From positions 154,628,001 to 154,692,000 of the forward strand of contig OX597814.1 of the NCBI GenBank assembly GCA_951406725.2: a stretch of DNA of 64,000 bases, written 5' to 3'. Below, in pieces: positions 38,560-51,439 of the stretch. This DNA is from Octopus vulgaris (Eukaryota). The position numbers and the translations under genes were made by a program. Within the stretch, counting starts at the first letter, position 1. Each line of letters starts with the position of its first letter. The notes under the pieces were generated by a model. It made no database searches and was not told the origin of the DNA. It was given only the letters and a program-made list of their open reading frames with translations.

Positions 38560-38842
38560 AACTTCGGCCATGCTGGAGCACCGCCCTTAGTCGAACAAGT
38601 CGACCACCGGACTTATTCTTTGTAAGCCTAGTACTTATTTTATCGGACACTTTTGCCGAACCGCAAAATGACGGGACATAAACACACCACCATCGGTTGT
38701 CAAGTGATAGTGGTGGGACAGACTCACAAACACACACACATATGTATATACAACAGGCTTCTTTCAGTTTCCATCTACCAAATCCACTCACAAGGCTTTG
38801 GTCGGCCCGAGGCTATAGTAGGAGACACTTTCCCAAGATGTC
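38560..38842 (-). mobile_element. SINE family A, head-truncated
   Basis: Reverse complement of the family A body and tail. Confidence 0.85.
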
Positions 38843-39179
38843 ACACATACACACACACACAATGTAGTCTCAAAATAAAACAAAATACGATATCAGTTTG
38901 AGCGTGTTTTTGGTTGCTTTGTTTTTATTGGGAAATTCCATCAATAACTATTTTATTAATCAGTTTTGATCTTGTGTTTGTTGTTAGTTAATCATTTAAT
39001 GCATTATCTTATTCCAGACTGGCCTGGTGACTATGCCATCTAAAAAGATACGATCCCGTGAATAATTTCTTAGAGTTGGATATAATATGGCTGAGGTCTT
39101 CAGTTTCAAATTTGCGTTTTAAATACATTGCTGATTTAATTTTATTAATTATTTCATCGACCACTTGCTGGTAGGAGAT

Positions 39180-39243
<64 letters not shown>

Positions 39244-39246
<3 letters not shown>

Positions 39247-39703
39247 GGCTACAACAAATATTCTGCTCAATACCACAGATTTGCTTGTCAGTTGTTTGAC
39301 TTTAACCAGTTGAGCATGTCCCTTGGTGGCTGACGATATGTGAATCTCTGATCACGAGCAGAAGTAGTGGGGGAGCATCATAGCCATGTGTTGAGAGGGA
39401 TTCTTTGGGGTTTGAATATTTCACCTCTGGAAACATGGGTGGTTCTTTCAACATCCTTAAACAACCCTTATTCAGGGACCTTTTGAGCGGGATGGGCTAC
39501 TCAACCTGAAGAAAATTCTAACTGGGCCCCACCTGCAAGGTCATGTGCTGTTTATCTTGATATGAGATCACCATGTCGCGCACATATGGTTGTGATGCAT
39601 GTGCCTGGTGTACCCTTATCAGACGGGTAGTCTTGATGGGTATATTGGGCTTCGTATATTTTACCCCAGTGTCACTTTGATGGCATGAACTGCTCTCTCA
39701 CTC
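39244..39703 (+). mobile_element. Interspersed repeat inserted in (AAT)n, probably a 5'-truncated retroelement 3' UTR
   Basis: Near-identical to 55576-56038; both copies end CTCTCTCACTC + AATAA and are preceded by (AAT)n. Confidence 0.8.
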
Positions 39704-40667
39704 AATAATAATAATAAAAAGCTCCGTTGTTCTGTTTGGTATTCTTTTCGCAGTGATACCACCAAACATGCATAATTTGTTGGTAACCCTCTTCAATGCT
39801 GCAAAGGAAAAAAATTTAAATCCCACACCGAAGAAAAACAAAACAAAACATACAATGGTATGCCTGTACGTGTGGATAAACTTGCATTTGTGGCTTGCAT
39901 ATCGTGGTAGAACATACTAACGCATTCACATACACACAATGGTAATATATACACACACACCCAGAACACGCATATATAATACAGTTTAGAAGTTTAATTT
40001 GTGGTCTCGATATCTCATTACGTGGCGTCCTGAATGGATGTTCAGTGGGTGAAATTGAATTGACGAAAACCGAATAGAAGCCTTAACACACACTGTGTCG
40101 TACTGACTCTACTGGAGATGGTGTAAAGAGTATACGTGTTTCTGGAATGCTCAGACGTGTACAAGTTTTACACACTAATTCAATAAGCAGAAAATACAGT
40201 TGAAATCGAAATCCATCCATCCATCCATCCATCCATCCATCCATCCATCCATCCATCCATCCATCCATCCATCCATCCATCCGTCCTTCCATCCATCCAT
40301 TTTCCCACGCAAATACATGCCAATATATATAATTGCTGTTTAAAAATCATATAAAACTCGAAGAAAACCTTAAAGCAAAAATAGCTTATAAAGAAGGAAA
40401 AGACCTGAATACCCAGGGTAAATAATTAGCTGTAAAATATTCATAAATTAATAAATTAAACGATATATCCGTTAAAAATTTTTTTTCGCGCTAGATTACA
40501 TATATATCTATCAATATATACACATACCAAAAAATCTATAATATACGTATATACACTAAAAATACGGACGCATGTACGTGGCTACATAAATATAGAGACA
40601 TATATAGGAAAGACATATGTATCTGGTTAATGAGAAATGAATGATGGAAGATACCAGGGTTTTATTA

Positions 40668-40770
40668 ATCACTACAATTATTTCGATACATCTAGCATCG
40701 ATCCCTCACTGGTGGGATACTTAACTGGTTCAGGAGCATCCGACAGTACAGATGTGTCTCTTCGGGTGAT
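40668..40770 (-). ncRNA. Type-I hammerhead-like motif with long stem II insertion
   Basis: ATCAC-CCGAAGA-GACACATCT-(~55 nt)-AGATGTATC-GAAA-TAATTG-TA-GTGAT; U4C core variant. Confidence 0.62.
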
Positions 40771-41214
40771 AAACAAATACAACTCGTTAAAAGAACAGTT
40801 CTGCAACGTATCTTCTCAGTTCTTGCGAAGAAAGCAACAAATTAAAGGATATATAGCTTCATTTACACAGAATATCAATAATAAAATAACAGACGCAAAA
40901 AACGAAACCAACACGCAATACAGCTCACTAGTTAAACATCCCGGAAGTTGGAACTTGGCCACTTAAATGCAAATTGCTGAAAAATGTTTTCTTTATTCGT
41001 GTTTCACTTTTTAAAGAAATTTTTTCACACATACATGATAAAAAAAAACCCCAAAGCAAGCGAAATAAATTTGAATACGTGATGGTAGGTTACACGGGAT
41101 CTAGATTTGAAAATGAGGTTTCCTATATAGAGACATATGTTTGAAAACATTTTCTCTGGATGGAATTATCGCTTGAATAAAACGATTCCCACTTTAGAGG
41201 GCATCAATAACTTC

Positions 41215-41576
41215 GGTGGAATCCTGGTTTAAGCACCCTATATAATCTCTCATAAACTTTTTACTTTTTAGAATTTTCAGAAAGTTTTTGTGAATTTGTT
41301 TTCTATACGCAAGAATTCATACAATTATGAAATTAAATATCGACGCCTTACCCCATAGATCCTAAAAGATCTACTCTTTTTTGACTTTCTTTTTTTCAAA
41401 ATCAAAGTTTGAAATACGGATAGTTCGAATCTTTTGCTTAAATCCCAGCAATGGACCACCCTTGAGTGCATTATCATTCCATTAAATGTGTTTATGGCGA
41501 GAAAAGATATTAAAAAACATCAATACATGTCAGAGTGACAATGAAACGAGGAAGGTGCTTTAACCAGAATTCTACC
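41215..41576. mobile_element. Putative MITE with 23-bp imperfect TIRs
   Basis: GGTGGAATCCTGGTTTAAGCACC / GGTGCTTTAACCAGAATTCTACC; no clear TSD. Confidence 0.55.
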
Positions 41577-41951
41577 ATTCCTTCACGTTCAATTGGTGTC
41601 TCAGATCGTTGTGTTTACAACATTCATGGTACCTTGGCTCTGAAGTACCTTGATCACCCAGGAGGTGCAACTTAAATTGCGTAAACTTTAGCAGCGGTGA
41701 GGTATCCAAGAGTAATGACCTGGATGCGGCCCGCCACCCTGAGTGTTTAAGAAATTACGTAGAGATGTGGTAGTGGTGGTGTGGGTGGGGTGGTTTGTGG
41801 GGGGTGCTTTTCTTCAGAAGACCTCCTGTTGTTCACCTCTCCCTGTAGCTTCTTACGACCGCAACGAAACGTATATAAGTTGAAGTTTTTATCTTTATTT
41901 TATCAGTTAATTTACTTTGCATGTGTAGTTTGCATTTTACGGAGTTATACA

Positions 41952-42009
<58 letters not shown>

Positions 42010-42684
42010 TACACACGCATGCATACGCGCACACATACACCCCCTTCCGTCACATACACATACGCACAAGTAATCCCTCTTTGTACATATTCCATGCCGT
42101 CATTTTGTTTTCACTTAAGGGGTCCTTCTCGTTTTTACATTTCAAATTAAATACGTTCAAAATATGTAAACATTTCTTGTTTTCGTTTTTTGCTTCTCAT
42201 TGTTTCTTCTTCTAATGCGGAAAACGATTATTTATTTTTCAAATCATCGTTATCACTTGGTTACATTTTCATTTCATCTAAATCACCATATTTTTCTATT
42301 TTCTGAGATATCAATTCACTTGAGTATATTTAGTTGTGACACGTGTGTAAATCTTTTAGACATTTCCTTCACACTGTTTCGTTTTCCTTCTTTTGCCTCT
42401 TTCTCTCCCCCCTCCACCTTTTCTCACCATCTAAAACTTCCTCAAATTTAATGTTACAGAGTATTTGTTTTTAATCCTTGCTCTTTAACAAAACTTTTGC
42501 TTTTGAAGTTATGTCGTTTCGTCTTCCTTTGTTTTTTTACTTTTATTATTTTTGCAACTAAAGTAAAATGCGCGCGCGTGACAGTACACCCACCTACACA
42601 CAGACATATATTTATGTATGCATGCATGTATGCATGTATGTATGTATCTATGTATCTATGTATCTATGTATGTATACTCTTACT

Positions 42685-42975
42685 CTTTTACTCTTTTACT
42701 TATTTCAGTCATGCGACTGTGGCCATGCTGGAGCACCGCCTTTATTGTATATGTTTGTGTGTCTGTGTTTGTCACCCCAACATCGCTTGACAACCGATGC
42801 TGGTGTGTTTACGTTCCCGTAACTTAGCAGTTCGGCAAAAGAGACCAATAGAATAAGTACAAGGCTTACAAAGAATAAGTCCTGGAGTCGATTTGCTCGA
42901 CTAAAGGCTGTGCGCCAGCATGACCGCAGTCAAATGACTGAAACAAGTAAAGGAATAAAAGGAATAAAAGAATAA
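42685..42975 (+). mobile_element. SINE family A 3' half, preceded by an inverted tail fragment
   Basis: 42760-42970 matches the family A 3' half; 42685-42742 is the reverse complement of the tail. Confidence 0.8.
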
Positions 42976-43100
42976 TATGGGAAGCGGTTCAGTTTGTAGA
43001 GTGACAGTAACTTATAAACATTAAGCATTTTCTGGATCTGAAGACGAAATCTAGCATTTGGGCTCTACTTTTTTTTTTATATATTACAATATTATATTTT

Positions 43101-43500
43101 GGCGCAGATGTGGCTGTGTGGTTAAGAAGGTCGCTTTGCAACCAGGTGGTTTCGGATTCGGTCTTACTCCACCGTATCTAGGGCAAGTGTCTTTTATTAT
43201 AGACTCGAGTTGACCAATGATTTGTCAGAGAATTCGGTAGACGGAAATTTTGTGAAATACACAAACGCACACACACACACTTACACATGTGCATATTTTT
43301 GTGTCTGTGTCCATCACCTTTCGCTTGACAACCGGTGTTGGCTTGTTTACGTCCCCATAACGTAGCGATTTGGCAACAAAAAAACTTGTTAGAATAAGCA
43401 TCAGACTTAAAAATAAGTACTGGGTTCGCTCTGTTCGACGAAAACCCTTCAAGGTGATTCTCCAGCATGGTCGCAGTGCAAAGACTGAAACAAGTAAAAG
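43101..43500 (+). mobile_element. Diverged SINE family A
   Basis: GGCGCAGATGTGGCTGTGTGGTTAAG head through GACTGAAACAAGTAAAAG tail. Confidence 0.8.
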
Positions 43501-43705
43501 CTATAAGACAAGAGATATCAAGTCATCATGAGAGACAACAAAAGGCTGAAGCTGAAGGTTAGGAAGATCAGTCGATGCGTAGAACTATCTGTTAACTGCT
43601 CAGCCGTTTATAAGCTAACTTAATGATCAAGTAACTCGGTTGATTGAGCAATCGAAATGTCATCGTTGAAACCAATGGAGATCCATATACTTTACTATTT
43701 TAATG

Positions 43706-43928
43706 AAGGCGGCAAGCTGGCAGAAACGTTAGCACGCCGGGCGAAATGCTCAGCCGTATTTCGTATGCCGTTACATTCTGAGTGCAAATTCCGCCGAGGT
43801 CGACTTTGCCTTTCATCCTTTCGGGGTCGATAAATTATGTACCAGTTACGCACTGGAGTCGATGTAATCGACTTAATCCGTTTGTCTGTCCCCTCTGTGT
43901 TTAGCCCCTTGTGGGTAATAAAGAAAAG
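43706..43928 (+). mobile_element. SINE family B with TSD
   Basis: Family B sequence; ACTTTACTATTTTA at 43689-43702 and 43932-43945. Confidence 0.92.
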
Positions 43929-44009
43929 TACACTTTACTATTTTATTAAAATGTCCTTCCTTGCTTTCTTTTTAAGGGTAGGGGTGACACCAGTTACATG
44001 TTTCTTAAA

Positions 44010-44250
44010 GGATAAAGATCTCTTCCGAGCCACAAAGAGTCACGGGGCTGGTTTCTGTGGGGCATATACTCTGCCCACTAGAAGGGACGCCGGTCCGTCG
44101 CTTGATTACTCATTTATGGCAGCTGAGTGGCCTGGAACAACATGAAATGAAATGTTCTACTCAAGAGTACAACTCATCATACGGTCCAGGAATCGAAATC
44201 ACAACCGTTACGATCATGAGTTCAACACCCTAAAGACTAAACCTTACGTC
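44010..44250 (-). mobile_element. Degenerate V-domain-like tRNA SINE (related to family C)
   Basis: Minus strand TTTCGATTCCTGGACC B-box-like, then CTTGAGTAGAACATTTCATTTCATGTTG, CAGCTG and CGACGGACCGGCGTCCC. Confidence 0.55.
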
Positions 44251-44377
44251 CCCACTACATGATTTTTGATAACTGAACATATTAACAAAGGTGACAAATA
44301 GATAGAATTGTTAGGATGTCGGATAAGAATTTATAGCAGTATTTTTCCGGCACTCTGCGCCCTGAGTTTAAAACCTA

Positions 44378-44608
44378 TTTCTTTACTAGCCACAAGGGGC
44401 TAAACACAGAGAGGACAAATAAGGACAGACAAACGGATTAAGTCGATTACATCGACCCCAGTGCGTAACTGGTACTTATTTAATCGACCCCAAAAGAATG
44501 AAAGGCAAAGTCGGCCTCGGCGGAATTTGAACTCAGAACGTAGCGGCAGACGAAATACTGCTAAGCATTTCGCCCGGCGTGCTAACGTTTCTGCCAGCTC
44601 GCTGCCTT
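44378..44608 (-). mobile_element. SINE family B with 17-bp TSD, nested in an older SINE head
   Basis: CCTGAGTTTAAAACCTA at 44361-44377 and 44609-44625. Confidence 0.93.
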
Positions 44609-45413
44609 CCTGAGTTTAAAACCTACTGACGATTGTTAGAGAATCGGATAAAGATTTCTTGCGTTATTTGTTCTGGATCTCTGCACTCTGATTTTAAATC
44701 CCAACGTATCTATGTCTATAGAATAGCCAGTCACTTACGCGGTCATTTACTTAATGGTCAACTAGTTCAGCTGACCGAACAACTAAATACTCATCGCCGA
44801 AATCGACGGAGGTTCATTTGTTTTACTTCCTATTTTATCCAGCCCTAAATTCATTTTTGAGACAGCAGAGGTTGACAAGGTTTCCGTTTCTAGCAGGTCG
44901 AGCACCCGCATAGAGGATCACCTCTTTGGCTAGAAATAATTAGATTTATAACATGCAACTAAGATGAACAGTGATACGATATACAGTAGACGAGAGCCCA
45001 AACAATAAATAATTCGGAGAATATAAGCAGCACAAGAGAAGCACACATGTAGAAAACAGCAAGGATACCACCAGTACAACCAACCACCACCACCATAAAA
45101 TTAGTAAACCCAGCAGCAGTGGCAGCAGCAGCAGCAGTGGCAGCAGCAGCAGCAGTGGCAGCAGCAGCAGCAGCAACATCAGCATCAATAACTTAACAAT
45201 GAAAGTAAGCAACTTGACAGAGAGGGAAATACTATATGCAACACTGATTTTTTTTCTTGCTTCTTTATTTATTTTATTTTTTTGCCTAATATAGTTTATT
45301 GTTTACCAACACAGAAGCTATTGACAACAAATAACTTCCATATGTGTGTAAGGAAATCACACGCTGTACATGCGCATATGTGACAGTCTGTGAGGGCCTG
45401 TTGTGTGTATGAT

Positions 45414-45467
<54 letters not shown>

Positions 45468-45488
45468 CATACAGTCATGTATTTATAA

Positions 45489-45557
<69 letters not shown>

Positions 45558-45653
45558 ACTATCTATCTATCTATCTATCTATCTAACTATCTATCTATCA
45601 CTGTGTGCATAGAAACTCTCACATGTGTGTAGAATGTGAAAGTGCTTATGTAA

Positions 45654-45718
<65 letters not shown>

Positions 45719-46213
45719 CATACATGTGCAGGTGTGTGTGGATGTGTGTGTATATGTCTTGCGTATGTGCGTATGTGTGTATCAGTGTACGTGTTTGAAA
45801 ATTCTAATACATTTATACATTATTTTGGCTACTGAGTTTGAAGGGCCTTGTACGTACGCACACACACACACACACAGATGCACATACTGATATACATAAT
45901 GCACTCACACTCACTCAAACATGTATATCTACATGTATGTATGTATGTATGTATGTATGCATATATGTGTATGTATATACGTATGTGCGTAAGTACGAGT
46001 ATATGCATACATACGTGCATGTAATTTTATTGCATGTGTATACCAATGTCGCACAAATACATACATATACATACACACACATGTATGTATATATACGTAT
46101 ATATACATATATATACATATCCACACATATATATATATCCTGTATATATATATATCCTGTATGTATATGTACATACATATTACATTTGATTCCAAAATGT
46201 AACTACATGTAGA

Positions 46214-46402
46214 TTATTGGCGATTTTTTTCCTCCGTCTTCCTTTTCTTTTGTACTTTCGTCTGTCTCCTGCTTCTGAAGAAGAGCTTTGTTCGAAACGT
46301 AAAACAACATTTCATTCCTTCCCTGAGCGTCTTATTAATACTTTGCGTCCTGGCGTTGTTGTGTTTTTCCTTATCTTTGTTTCTCCGTTTTTTTATTAAC
46401 TA
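46214..46402 (+). mobile_element. Family R1 short element
   Basis: TTGGCGATTTTTT start; hammerhead TGCTT-CTGAAGA-A-GAGC-ttt-GTTC-GAAA-CG-TA-AAACA at 46270-46306; CCTGAGCGT downstream. Confidence 0.75.
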
Positions 46403-46454
46403 CCTATGTATGTGTGTGTGTGTGTGCATGTGTGTATGTGTGTATGTATGTATG

Positions 46455-46537
<83 letters not shown>

Positions 46538-46733
46538 ATATATATATATATAGATATATATATATATATGGGTGTGTGTGATTGTGTATAGAAGAATATA
46601 TTAATAAAAAGAATTCCAACCTTGTCTGATTTTCACGTTTTATTTACAATCTTATAATGATATATTATAAGATAATATATTATAATTGAATAAAATAAAA
46701 TGTAATAGTAGAATGTTAAATATTCATTCTGAT

Positions 46734-46778
46734 TGAACTAGTACTTTCATGCATTGAATTCTGCAATCTTCGGGTTCA
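46734..46778 (-). ncRNA. Minimal type-I hammerhead motif in PLE pLTR
   Basis: TGAAC-CCGAAGA-t-TGCA-gaattcaa-TGCA-t-GAAA-GTAC-TA-GTTCA; palindromic stem III; U4C variant. Confidence 0.75.
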
Positions 46779-46841
46779 TGTAGTAGTGTTGACAGTCATG
46801 CTTCACAATTTTTGACTGTAGCAAGATGAGTGATTCTGTGC

Positions 46842-46955
46842 TATAAATACAGCTGGGTAGGCTCCAGAGTGCTAGGTTTTGCAAACTGTATTCTGACCAA
46901 TCAGTGTGTAGTATCACTCAATTACTTAAGCTGATTGGTTGGTTGAGCTGATTGG
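46842..46955 (-). promoter_or_regulatory. Candidate pLTR Pol II promoter (CCAAT boxes + TATA-like)
   Basis: Minus strand CCAATCAG twice (46931-46955), one inverted CCAAT (46897-46901), TATTTATA at 46842-46849, all upstream of the hammerhead. Confidence 0.45.
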
Positions 46956-47272
46956 TTTAGGCATCACGCTTTGTTGGACAGGTCAAGAGTCCTGTATCTT
47001 GACCCTGGCCGAAGCAGCAATTGTTGGGTTATTTTTAGAAATGTTGTAAATATCCTTTGTCAGAGATTTTTATATTTTTATATTTCAATTGTCATCATCA
47101 TCATTGTCAGCACCTTAATTATTGTTGCTAGTGGTGATGGTGGTGGCAATAGAACTTTTAACCCTAAATAAGATAATTTTCCTGCTATCTTCGTCTTGAT
47201 CACCTTTAGTATTGTTGTTGTTGTTAGTGGTCATGGTCGTAGCAGTGGAAGTAATACCTCTAAGTATTATTA

Positions 47273-47643
47273 TTATTGCTTATTTAGCTTGGGTTCGAAT
47301 TTATCAATAAAATTCTTTTCTCTGATTTTCCTCTCGATTTCACTTGGGCTGTGTAATTTGTAGAATGGAAATATTATATATGTTTTCCGACCACATGTTG
47401 CTAGGTGGTTACTCAAAGGTATCTGACGGACCTCTGGGTCTCTAATCTGTTGCCGGTGTACACGTGAGCGTTCTAATAGTGCGTTTCCCGTCTGACCTAC
47501 ATATATTTCTTCACAATTTGGGCATTTGATGCAGTAAATTAAATTTCTGCTTTTGCAGTTCATATTCGCGTTTGTGAATATTTTCCCGGTTTTTGTGTTT
47601 ATATATTGACCGGTATGTATGAATTGGCATGTGCCACATCGGC
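47273..47643 (-). pseudogene. GIY-YIG endonuclease domain of Penelope-like element (5'-truncated, frame open)
   Basis: NLIY..C..C...YVGQT motif and conserved R, H, E and LN residues. Confidence 0.88.
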
Positions 47644-48308
47644 TATACACGAGCAAAACACTCCCCGTCCAATGGACGGTGCTGAGTTGTAAAACATTTA
47701 AACTAAATTTTCTCAAAACGACTTGTCCGGCCATCCCAAAGGCCTCCCTTTTGAGAAACACTGATTTAACCAAAATTTGAGACACCAGCAAAAGAAGAAA
47801 TAAAGATAGACTTTTTTCAATTCCAAAGAAAAATTATTTTATTCACACAAATATGCAACTGAAGAGTTTAAAGTACCAGTAATGATAAGGCTGTTGACTG
47901 GGAGAACACTATCAAAACAGTTCTTTTCATTAAAAAATAATTAAGCATGCCTTTATTTCAATTTTTTTTTTGTTTTTGTTAAACGAAGTTAAGGCGAAAA
48001 AAAAACTTCTTGAGAAACAAATAGTCTTTCCTTCCTTCATTCCAAGTTTGAAGAAAATATCTCTTTTGCATCTTACTTTTTTGGTCTTTTAAATATACTA
48101 CATTTTGTGGCATTATTTCAAGCCAGCCGGCGTTTTTTGCGCAAACTGGACGTGCATTTTTCTCGCGTACAAATGCACGTTCTCACGGCTTTATCGTTCG
48201 CATTCTCACCTGGAATCGATTTTTGTAATTTTTTCAAGACTTTATACCGCCGGTATCTACATATAAAATTTGAGCGCAATTGGATAGAGGATGCCCGAGA
48301 TCCTAGCA

Positions 48309-48349
<41 letters not shown>

Positions 48350-48367
48350 CGGATTTTATATAATAGA
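47644..48367 (-). mobile_element. Non-autonomous Helitron-like element (family H1)
   Basis: Minus strand begins A|TCTATTATATAAAA, then (TG)n; ends with hairpin CCGTCCA-T-TGGACGG and CTCG|T. Confidence 0.78.
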
Positions 48368-48811
48368 TATGGTGTGGACGACCACTGTATATACATACAT
48401 GCGTACGTGCGTGCATGTATGTGTATACAAAAGCGATATGCGTTTGTATGTCTATATGTTCATTCCTATGCAATCTATGCACCAAGTGAGCACTATTTAT
48501 TTAAATACTTTCGGGTGAATATGAATCGGGCTTTCAGTGACAAAGTTCTTGTGTTGGAATTCAGACAATAATAAATAGTCAGAGGCAAATGCTGAACTTT
48601 TCAAATTTTTACATATTTTCAATGTTTTTCTGATGGAGCGAATTTGAAGAATTTGGGTTAACTTTCTTTGTTTATTCCGTGGAAATCCCAACTCTTCAAA
48701 GTTATTGCAAAAGCACAATATTTTTTACGTAACTAAACACAGCGACAAGTACACTTACATACAAAGGCGTATCAGTGTACACACGCGCACGCGCGCACAG
48801 GCACACACACA

Positions 48812-48850
<39 letters not shown>

Positions 48851-48923
48851 CGTACAAACACACAGACGCGCGCACACATATCTGTGTGTGCGTGTGTGTA
48901 TATCTATCTATGTTCCTCTCACC

Positions 48924-48998
<75 letters not shown>

Positions 48999-49164
48999 GG
49001 TATGTGTATGTATAGTGAACAGCTGTACGCATTTCACGTAAGTTCAATGGCTTCTTTTATTATATATTATTTTTATTGACAGCGCATAACTGTCGCCATT
49101 GTCTTCAGAATATGAAGCCAAGAAGATTTCGAAGTCCGTCAACAACTAAACATAAAGAATTAAT

Positions 49165-49396
49165 ACGGAATTCTTTTATTCTTTTAGACGTTTCGGCCCA
49201 AAAACTGTGACTATACTGGGGCGCCTCATATACGACGCGCTTGTTTCAGTTTCCGTCTACCAAATTCACTCACAAGACTTTAGTCGGCCGAGGTGATAGT
49301 AGAAGACACTTGCCCAAGATGCCACGCAGTGAGACTGAACTCGGAACCATGTGGTAAAAAAGCTTGGTTGCCTACCACACAAGTATGCCTGCGCCT
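49165..49396 (-). mobile_element. SINE family A (internally deleted)
   Basis: TTTCAGTTTCCGTCTACCAAATTCACTCACAAG...GGAACCATGTGG...CCTGCGCCT. Confidence 0.8.
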
Positions 49397-49438
49397 AAAA
49401 TATTTGCAATAAAACGGTTTAAATTCAAAATATGTTTG

Positions 49439-49487
<49 letters not shown>

Positions 49488-49489
<2 letters not shown>

Positions 49490-49632
49490 TGAGAATTCAC
49501 AAAAAGCAAAAGGCGAAGACAAGTGGTGTAGACAGCAAACAGATGTATTAGTATAGAGCTCGGGAAATGAAAAAGTCTTTAACGTTCCGAGCCTACACTC
49601 ATCCACAGAGAGGAACGCAGAAAGAAACAACA
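49488..49632 (-). mobile_element. Short element related to 53690-53880 (family R2), degenerate hammerhead
   Basis: AAACAGATGTATTAGTATA and AAAAAGTCTTTAACGTT mirror 53775-53830; abuts (TA)n. Confidence 0.65.
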
Positions 49633-49656
49633 TAGGTGTATGTATGTGTGTGCGGG

Positions 49657-49741
<85 letters not shown>

Positions 49742-49993
49742 TTATTGGGTCCGCAAATCCTAATGGTGCTGGAAGACCATCGTCGTGAGACAAGGTGTCT
49801 TTGGCATTTAAGACCTGTCCGAGCCAATCCCATTCTTTAAACGGGCAGCCGGTTTCTTTCAGAGAGAAAGACAAGGAGAAAGAAGAATTCATTTCAGTAC
49901 TAGTCTGGTGCTGAAGATGAGACAGAACGTCAAGAGCTCAGAGAGCCACAACATATACCACAACGTTCTAATGCCTGCATCAACTTGCCACAA

Positions 49994-50035
<42 letters not shown>

Positions 50036-50109
50036 CACGCACGCACCAACACACATACATGCGAACAGCAGTCGTCACAGTGGAAGACTGCTCGACAGAG
50101 TCGCAGCTT

Positions 50110-51262
50110 AATCAAGAGCATGCACATCGGTTTTTCGAAATCCGCAGTATCGTGCATCGAGAATTCGCACCCCTCCCCCGGGGGGCCAGACCGTCAATAG
50201 ATAGTTCTACTGCAACGTGTTGAAGCGCTCGAGGGAGGACATTCGACAAAAGCGACTGGATCTGTTGAGCGCGAATAATTGGATTCTTCACCACGACAAT
50301 TCACCCTGTCGCCGAGCTCGCTTCACTCGTAAGTGTCCCGCCATGGTATCACTTTTGCACCCGCGTTATTTGCCTGATTTAGCATCTGCAGGCTTCCATT
50401 TCTTCCCTAAAATGAAAAGGCAGCTCAAAGGTCACCGTTTTGACACCGTTGACGAGATCCAGAACGAATCACAGAAGGTCCTCGACTCGCTTACGGTAAA
50501 GGACTTCCAGGGCGGATTCCAAAAGTGGAAGAAATGCAAGGTTACTATTTCGAAGGACATGTTAAACTTCGGCAAATAAGTTTTCTTTTATTAAACACTA
50601 GCAGTATCGCCCGGCGTTGCTCGGGTTTGTAAGGGAAATAACTATATAAGCATTTTTAGAGAGTTATAGCAAAAAAATAGCAAAAAAATGCATTAAAAAT
50701 GGAATAAAAAATTATGGTAATTTTTTTTAAATCGTTGACTCATCGTAGACATTTTTAGAGAGTTACTTCCCTTATATAATAGCGAAAAAATGCATTAAAA
50801 TGGAAAAAATGATAGTAATTTTTTTTAAATCGTAGACTCATGTAGACGCTTTCTTAGCCATTTCTGTTTTGGTGTCTTCAAGCCATTAAGTCGTTGTTCT
50901 AAAAGAACGCTGGTCTCCTTGACAACGCATTACGACGTTGATTTCCTTACACTCCCTTCCCCACAGGTGCAGGTGTGAGCGTGGACGCCAACTCCGCCGC
51001 CATCGACACACGAAAAAATATGCATTAAAATGGAATAAAAAATTATGTTAAATTATTTTTAAAATCGTAGACTCATCGTAGACGCACGCTAATACCCAGA
51101 CGGGCTTGATATGAATCACGACTATAAGATACCCGAATTTGGTTAAACTGCACCGCAAAATGTGGGAGTAGTTAGGAATCTAAATCGAAGGGGACAGACA
51201 CTCACACAACTACAGTTTTATATATATAGATAACTTGGCCGAGAACGCTTCGATACCACCTT
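50110..51262 (+). mobile_element. Mariner 3' half split by a Helitron
   Basis: GQTVN..FYCNVLKR, WILHHDNSP, HPRYLPDLASAGFHFFPKMKRQLKGHRF at 50180-50560; TIR-like GATACCACCTTGTA resumes at 51231-51264. Confidence 0.85.
50598..51230 (-). mobile_element. Non-autonomous Helitron (family H2a)
   Basis: Minus strand A|TCTATATATATAAAA ... hairpin CCCGAGCAACGCCGGG ... CTAG|T; no TSD; three internal ~60-bp subrepeats. Confidence 0.88.
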
Positions 51263-51301
51263 GTACCTACAACTTACTCATCCATCTATATGCATTTGTG
51301 T

Positions 51302-51394
<93 letters not shown>

Positions 51395-51439
51395 TGTGTG
51401 TGAATGTGTGCGTGTTTGTATACACATTTATATATATAT

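Larger units (their letters stand above)
46575..47643 (-). mobile_element. 3' portion of a Neptune-like Penelope element (GIY-YIG + pLTR)
   Basis: Open frame RCGTC...NCKSRNLIYCIKCPNCEEIYVGQTGNALLERSRVHRQQI...HL..C...RKIREKNFI...PKLN*, followed by a 3' UTR with CCAAT/TATA-like boxes and a hammerhead. Confidence 0.88.

Noticed and set aside
40637-40966. 109-aa complex-looking ORF
   Set aside because: No recognisable motif or splice context; better explained as the antisense of a hammerhead-bearing element.
45111-45185. (CAG)n tract with 18-bp period as a polyQ/polyS exon
   Set aside because: No supporting ORF or splice sites; treated as a simple repeat.
47644-47791. N-terminal part of the 172-aa ORF 47273-47791
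   Set aside because: These codons lie in the Helitron-like element and join the GIY-YIG frame by chance; not a real full-length CDS.
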